DNA of 36,393 bases from a bacterium (lineage in GTDB: Bacteria > Sysuimicrobiota > Sysuimicrobiia > Sysuimicrobiales > Kaftiobacteriaceae). Below the pieces are notes generated by a model. The model did not search any database. It saw nothing but the letters and a program-made list of their open reading frames with translations, and was not told where the DNA came from. This document shows, piece by piece, positions 32,430-36,393 of the stretch; position 1 is the stretch's first letter, and every line of letters starts with the position of its first letter. The position numbers were made by a program, and so were the translations under genes. The stretch spans positions 1 through 36,393 of the forward strand of contig JBIOWP010000114.1 in the NCBI GenBank assembly GCA_044868695.1. The letters run 5' to 3'.

Positions 32430-34793
32430 ATGATGGGCGGCCCGGCCCGGCGCGCGTCGGGCAGTGTCGTGCTGGCCGCGGGAGTGGTACTCGCGGCCGC
32501 AGCAGCGGCGTCGGCCCACGTGGTTCTCCAGCAGTCGCTGCCGCCTCCCAACGCATCGCTGGGGTCCCCGCCCCGCGAAGTCATCCTCACGTTCAGCGAG
32601 CCGGCCACACCCGGCATCAGCACGGCGGCGGTCCTGGACAGCGGCGGCGCCGTCGTCTCGCGCGGATCCGAGGTCTCGGCGGACGGCCGCAGACTGGTGG
32701 TGAAGGTCGACGCCCTGACGCCCGGCGTTTACACGGTGCGGTGGCGGGCGCTGTCCGCCGCGGACGGCCATACAACCAGCTCGTTCTTCGCCTTTGCGGT
32801 CGGCGTCCCGGCCCCCGCGGAGACGGCGGGGCAAGCCGTGAAGCCGTCGTGGCCACTCGTCGTGGCGCGGTGGCTAGGTCTGCTGGGTGCGCTCGCGGCG
32901 GCCGGCGCGGCGTTCTTCGAGTACCTCGTCGTCCGTCCGGTCCGCGAGGGGCCCTCCAGCGGCGGGCCCGCGCATTCCCATGTATGGGGGGTCCTCCGCC
33001 GCCTGACGTCCGCGTCCGCGGTGATCCTCCTGGTCGGGGTGGGCGCCGAGTTCCTCCTGCAGAGCAAGGCGCTGTTCGACGTGCCGCTGCGGGAGGCAGC
33101 GGGCTCGGGGATTCTCTGGCAGTTGTTGACGACCACCAAGATGGGGTACAGCACGCTCGTGAGGCTCTCGATGGCAGTGATCTTCCTGCTGCCCACGACG
33201 CGCCGCGGCCGCGTGTTTCGCATGACAGCGCTGATCTGGATGGTGGTGGTCGGCGTCCTGGTGGCAGTGCTGCGAGATCCCACAGCGGTCTCGGGCAGTC
33301 ACATCGTGCACCTCGGGTTCCTCCTGCTTGTCGCAACGGTGTACGGGCTGATCAGCATCCTGGCCGCGCTCGTGCTCCCGCTGGTTCCCGACCTCCGGCT
33401 GCCGGAGGGGCTGTGGGTCCTGCCGGTGGCGGGTGCCGTCGTGCTCGGCGGGATCACGCTCAGCTCGCACGCGGCGGGCATCGGACCGCTGGCGGTACTG
33501 GCCGACTGGGTCCACCTGATGGCGGCGGCCCTCTGGGTCGGCGGTCTCCTCACCCTGGTGCTCGTGCTCGCGACCGCCGACCGGCTTCTGCGGGCCGACC
33601 TGGCGTCCGCCTTTGCCCCGAGGTTCTCGAATCTGGCAGCCCTGAGTGTGGGACTCCTCACCGTCACCGGAGGTTATGCGGCGTGGCTTCACATTCCAGC
33701 GCTCCGCGCGTTCGTCGCAACGCTGTATGGGGAGGCCCTGCTCGCGAAATTACTCCTGTTTCTGCCGCTCGTCGGGCTGGGCGCCGCGAACCGGTTCCTC
33801 CTTCGTCCGCGTGTCGAGCGCGGCGGTGCGCCGGGCGCGGTCCGGTGGTTCGTCCGGACCACCGGCGGAGAAGCGGCGCTCGCCGCCGGTATCCTGCTGG
33901 CAGTGGCGGTACTCACGGTCACCCCGCCCGCCACGCTCACGATGCCGGCCCCGGGCAGGCCGCCGATGATCCTTGCCGGGTTCGCAGGTCCGTTCCGCGT
34001 TGAACTCACCATCTCTCCCGCCGAGCCGGGGTGGAACACGATGGAAGCCGTCGTGCAGCGGTCCGACCGCCCGGTGGATGCCGCCTCCACCCGCATCCTG
34101 GTCCGGTTGGTGAAGCTTGATGACGAGCTGGATCCAGTCACCATTGCCCTGCAGAGCCAGGGCGACCGGTTTGCGGCGGAGGGCGGAGCGCTCGCGCTCC
34201 CGGGTTGGTGGGAGGTCCGGGTGATTGTGCGCGAACGTGGGGCCCAGGACGTGTCTACGGCATTCCCCCTGCGGCTTGGCGCCGCGCCCACGGCTCAATC
34301 CGGTCCGGAGGCGCTGCGGCTGCTCGCCCGCGCGTTGGACGCCGCCCGGGGGGTGCGCAGCTGGCGGGAGGTAGAGCAGATTACCGACGGCGCGGGGGGC
34401 GTGACCGTGACCACGCTGGAGATGGTGCGGCCCGACCGGTTGCGTTTCCGTACGGCCGGCGGTTCGGAGGCGGTGATCATCGGGGCCGAGCGGTACGCCC
34501 GTGAGGGGACCGGCCCGTGGGCGCGCGATACCCTGCCGGATCCCATTGCGCTCGAGGGGCCCTATACCGCGTTTCTTACCGAACCCAGCTCGGCCGCCCT
34601 GGGGAGACGCGCCACCTGCGAGGGGGAACCATGCCGGGTGGTCACCTGGAATCAGTCCGAGACGGTGGCGTTTGCCGGATGGATCGGGGAGCGCACCGCC
34701 CGCGTGTACCGGCTGATGATGGCGGCCCCCATCCACTTCATGACCTCTCAAGTGGTCGACCTGAACGCACCGGTGACCATCACGCCTCCCTGA
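32430..34793 (+). CDS. CopC-CopD fusion copper transport protein with additional C-terminal extracytoplasmic domains
   Basis: 'HVVLQQSLP..FSEP..YTVRWRALSAADGH'; CopD motifs 'SSHA', 'DWVHL.AAALWVGGL', 'RFS', 'YG..L..K'; then 'ISPAEPGWN..LALPGWWEV' and a further beta-rich domain. Confidence 0.88.
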   Translation: MMGGPARRASGSVVLAAGVVLAAAAAASAHVVLQQSLPPPNASLGSPPREVILTFSEPATPGISTAAVLDSGGAVVSRGSEVSADGRRLVVKVDALTPGVYTVRWRALSAADGHTTSSFFAFAVGVPAPAETAGQAVKPSWPLVVARWLGLLGALAAAGAAFFEYLVVRPVREGPSSGGPAHSHVWGVLRRLTSASAVILLVGVGAEFLLQSKALFDVPLREAAGSGILWQLLTTTKMGYSTLVRLSMAVIFLLPTTRRGRVFRMTALIWMVVVGVLVAVLRDPTAVSGSHIVHLGFLLLVATVYGLISILAALVLPLVPDLRLPEGLWVLPVAGAVVLGGITLSSHAAGIGPLAVLADWVHLMAAALWVGGLLTLVLVLATADRLLRADLASAFAPRFSNLAALSVGLLTVTGGYAAWLHIPALRAFVATLYGEALLAKLLLFLPLVGLGAANRFLLRPRVERGGAPGAVRWFVRTTGGEAALAAGILLAVAVLTVTPPATLTMPAPGRPPMILAGFAGPFRVELTISPAEPGWNTMEAVVQRSDRPVDAASTRILVRLVKLDDELDPVTIALQSQGDRFAAEGGALALPGWWEVRVIVRERGAQDVSTAFPLRLGAAPTAQSGPEALRLLARALDAARGVRSWREVEQITDGAGGVTVTTLEMVRPDRLRFRTAGGSEAVIIGAERYAREGTGPWARDTLPDPIALEGPYTAFLTEPSSAALGRRATCEGEPCRVVTWNQSETVAFAGWIGERTARVYRLMMAAPIHFMTSQVVDLNAPVTITPP

Positions 34794-34875
34794 CCGTATT
34801 CCGCACGGAGCACTGTCTACCGGCCCTCTCCCGGTGGTAAGACAACGGCGGGGATTGTGGAGGGAGAGGGGAGCC

Positions 34876-35250
34876 ATGCTCTGCCGGGCGTGCGGCCGGA
34901 TGAATCGGGACGAGGACTTATTTTGCAGTTCCTGTGGGGCCAAGTTAATGAGGTCGAAGGCGTGCCGGGCGTGCGGGAGCCGGAACCGGCACGACGCAAC
35001 ATTCTGCGGAAGCTGCGGCGCAAAACTTCCCGACGATGGGATGCACTGCCGGTCCTGCGGGCATCCGGTACGGCCGCGCGATCAGTTTTGCTCGAACTGC
35101 GGGACGCAGACCGTGGAGGGCATCGTCTGCGGCACATGCCACGCCATCAACCGCGAGGATGCGCAGTTCTGCGCCGTCTGCGGCGGTCCGGTGAAGGTGC
35201 GGACGGCGGCGGCGGGCCGCGCGCAGCAGCCCGTGAGCAGCAACCAGTAG
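34876..35250 (+). CDS. Zinc-ribbon (double zinc ribbon repeat) protein
   Basis: Eight CxxC motifs forming four 'CxxC..FCxxCG' units; RBS GGGGAG before ATG 34876. Confidence 0.85.
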   Translation: MLCRACGRMNRDEDLFCSSCGAKLMRSKACRACGSRNRHDATFCGSCGAKLPDDGMHCRSCGHPVRPRDQFCSNCGTQTVEGIVCGTCHAINREDAQFCAVCGGPVKVRTAAAGRAQQPVSSNQ

Positions 35251-35285
35251 AGAGTGCCACGTATCCACCCTGGAGGTGATCGGCC

Positions 35286-35489
35286 ATGAAGATGGACCTG
35301 ATCCGCGCAGGAGCTGTCGTGCTGGCGGGAATCATCCTGGCTCTTGCCCTTCGCTATGACGCGTCGGGCTTTGCGATCGGGCAGATCTCCCGTGTCGTCG
35401 TGACGGATCGCTGGACGGGATGCATCCGGATCTGGACGTCGGCCACGACGAATGTCCCCGCCGGATTCGGCAGGCGATTTTGCCCGTAG
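35286..35489 (+). CDS. Small hypothetical membrane protein (67 aa)
   Basis: Strong RBS GGAGGTG, one TM helix followed by 'RY', 'DRWTG' and two Cys. Confidence 0.6.
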   Translation: MKMDLIRAGAVVLAGIILALALRYDASGFAIGQISRVVVTDRWTGCIRIWTSATTNVPAGFGRRFCP

Positions 35490-35515
35490 GCCGCCGGATC
35501 GCGCGGGACAGAAGT

Positions 35516-35553
35516 GCGGGAAGCCGGCGACCGGCCGGCTTCCTGCCTTTCCC
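35516..35553 (+). terminator. Putative intrinsic terminator-like hairpin
   Basis: 13-bp stem GCGGGAAGCCGGC / GCCGGCTTCCTGC (one G-U), 5-nt loop, followed by a weak CTTTCCC tract. Confidence 0.45.
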
Positions 35554-35633
35554 GCCCCCGATGGATGAATCCGCGCGGAGGTCGGTATAGATGCGTGTAG
35601 AAGATACGTATCGCCCTTCCATCCGCGCAGGGG

Positions 35634-36131
35634 GTGAGACCGGCGATGATTATCCGGGCACTGGCAAGCGTGAGAGAGTTCTTTGAGCCGCGCGCGTCTG
35701 TCCTCGCGAGCGGGGCGTTTGATCCCCTCCACTACGGCCACGTCCGGTACATCCGCGCCGCCGCGGAGCATGCCCGGGCGTCCAGCCTTCCGCTGGTGAT
35801 CGCCGTGGCGCCGGACGAGTACGTGAAGCGCCGGCACCCGCTTCTTCAGCCGCTGGAGGCGCGGATGGAAATGCTGGATGCCCTGCGGGGAGTGGATTTC
35901 GTCGTGCCTCAGGGGAGTGAGAGCCTCGCCAAAGCCATTCGGGAGATCTGCCCCGCATCCGTCATCAAGGGAACGGACTGGAAAGTGCACGGGCTTCCAC
36001 AAGACGAGGTGGACGCGATTCAAGCTGTCGCGGCCGGGATGACGTGGGTTGACGTGAGTCCGGTCAGCAGCAGCGAGCTGCTGCAGGCTGCGTTCTGGCG
36101 ATTCGCCGACGAGTGGGTCGGCCGCACGTAG
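35634..36131 (+). CDS. Cytidylyltransferase-like nucleotidyltransferase (RfaE domain II/TagD-like)
   Basis: 'SGAFDPLHYGHV' HxGH motif, 'R.EML.AL..VD.V', 'KG.DW', 'SSS'. Exact start uncertain (35634 or 35646). Confidence 0.82.
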   Translation: MRPAMIIRALASVREFFEPRASVLASGAFDPLHYGHVRYIRAAAEHARASSLPLVIAVAPDEYVKRRHPLLQPLEARMEMLDALRGVDFVVPQGSESLAKAIREICPASVIKGTDWKVHGLPQDEVDAIQAVAAGMTWVDVSPVSSSELLQAAFWRFADEWVGRT

Positions 36132-36147
36132 CGTTCGAGGAGGACGA

Positions 36148-36164
36148 CCCCGGCTTTGCCGGGG
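36148..36164. other. GC-rich hairpin downstream of the cytidylyltransferase stop
   Basis: CCCCGGC-TTT-GCCGGGG perfect 7-bp stem, no U tract. Confidence 0.4.
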
Positions 36165-36250
36165 GATCACGCCGAGACCGCCTGGCACCGGCGAAGGCCG
36201 CCGGCTCGTCCGTCCCCCCGTCTAGCCCGGCCAACCGCGGGTAAGTCATA

Positions 36251-36280
36251 TAGTAAGAGCCCAGCTAGTAAGAGCCCAGC
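36251..36280. repeat. Perfect 15-bp tandem direct repeat
   Basis: TAGTAAGAGCCCAGC twice (36251-36265, 36266-36280). Confidence 0.93.
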
Positions 36281-36341
36281 CGTCCCGGCTAGAACCCCGA
36301 GCCGCAGGGTGGCTGGAGACACGCTCATTGAAGGATTCCCA

Positions 36342-36393
36342 ATGTCTGCGGCGTGGCCATCTCCCCTCGAGCGTGCCTGTCCGAAGTGCGGGA
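36342..36393 (+). CDS. Truncated ORF running off the window, possible zinc-finger protein
   Basis: GAAGGA upstream; translates MSAAWPSPLERACPKCG (CxxC); only 17 codons visible. Confidence 0.35.
   Translation, partial: MSAAWPSPLERACPKCG

Noticed and set aside
36200..36320. SRP RNA or c-di-GMP riboswitch
   Set aside because: Short resemblances only (GCTAGACGGGG, GCAAAGCC on the minus strand); the SRP helix-8 TCAGG..GGAA..AGCAG core and the riboswitch architecture are missing

Overview
High-GC bacterial chromosomal window with almost continuous coding and no integrase, transposase or CRISPR array. It opens with tRNA-Arg(TCT), a Dpp/Opp-type peptide ABC transporter (two permeases and a binding protein, no ATPase), a probable outer-membrane beta-barrel behind a long structured leader, and a peroxiredoxin. 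A minus-strand block follows: M48 peptidase, Roadblock-domain fusion protein with a sigma54-type promoter, and an esterase. The core is a ~22 kb co-directional, tightly coupled catabolic operon (8130-30486): tandem nitroreductase, beta-hydroxyacid dehydrogenase, TPP-dependent E1a/E1b/E2 with an M24-fold gene inserted and no E3, a Liv-type ABC importer, a DMT transporter, an ACMSD-like amidohydrolase, an FAD oxidoreductase, a 2,6-dihydroxypseudooxynicotine-hydrolase-like protein, a second M24-fold protein, a lone Mo-hydroxylase large subunit, VOC, LLM/F420 oxidoreductase and a Vgb-like protein. It looks like an uncharacterised pathway for a (hetero)aromatic or N-containing substrate (inference). 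The two largest gaps in this operon each hold a copy of an AT-rich palindrome built from 9-bp units. The right end has a VWA protein, a CopC/CopD copper locus, a four-zinc-ribbon protein, a small membrane protein, a cytidylyltransferase, a 15-bp tandem repeat and a truncated CxxC ORF. All family calls come from motif recognition by eye, with no database search. Several starts were moved from the ORF track to RBS- or overlap-supported codons.
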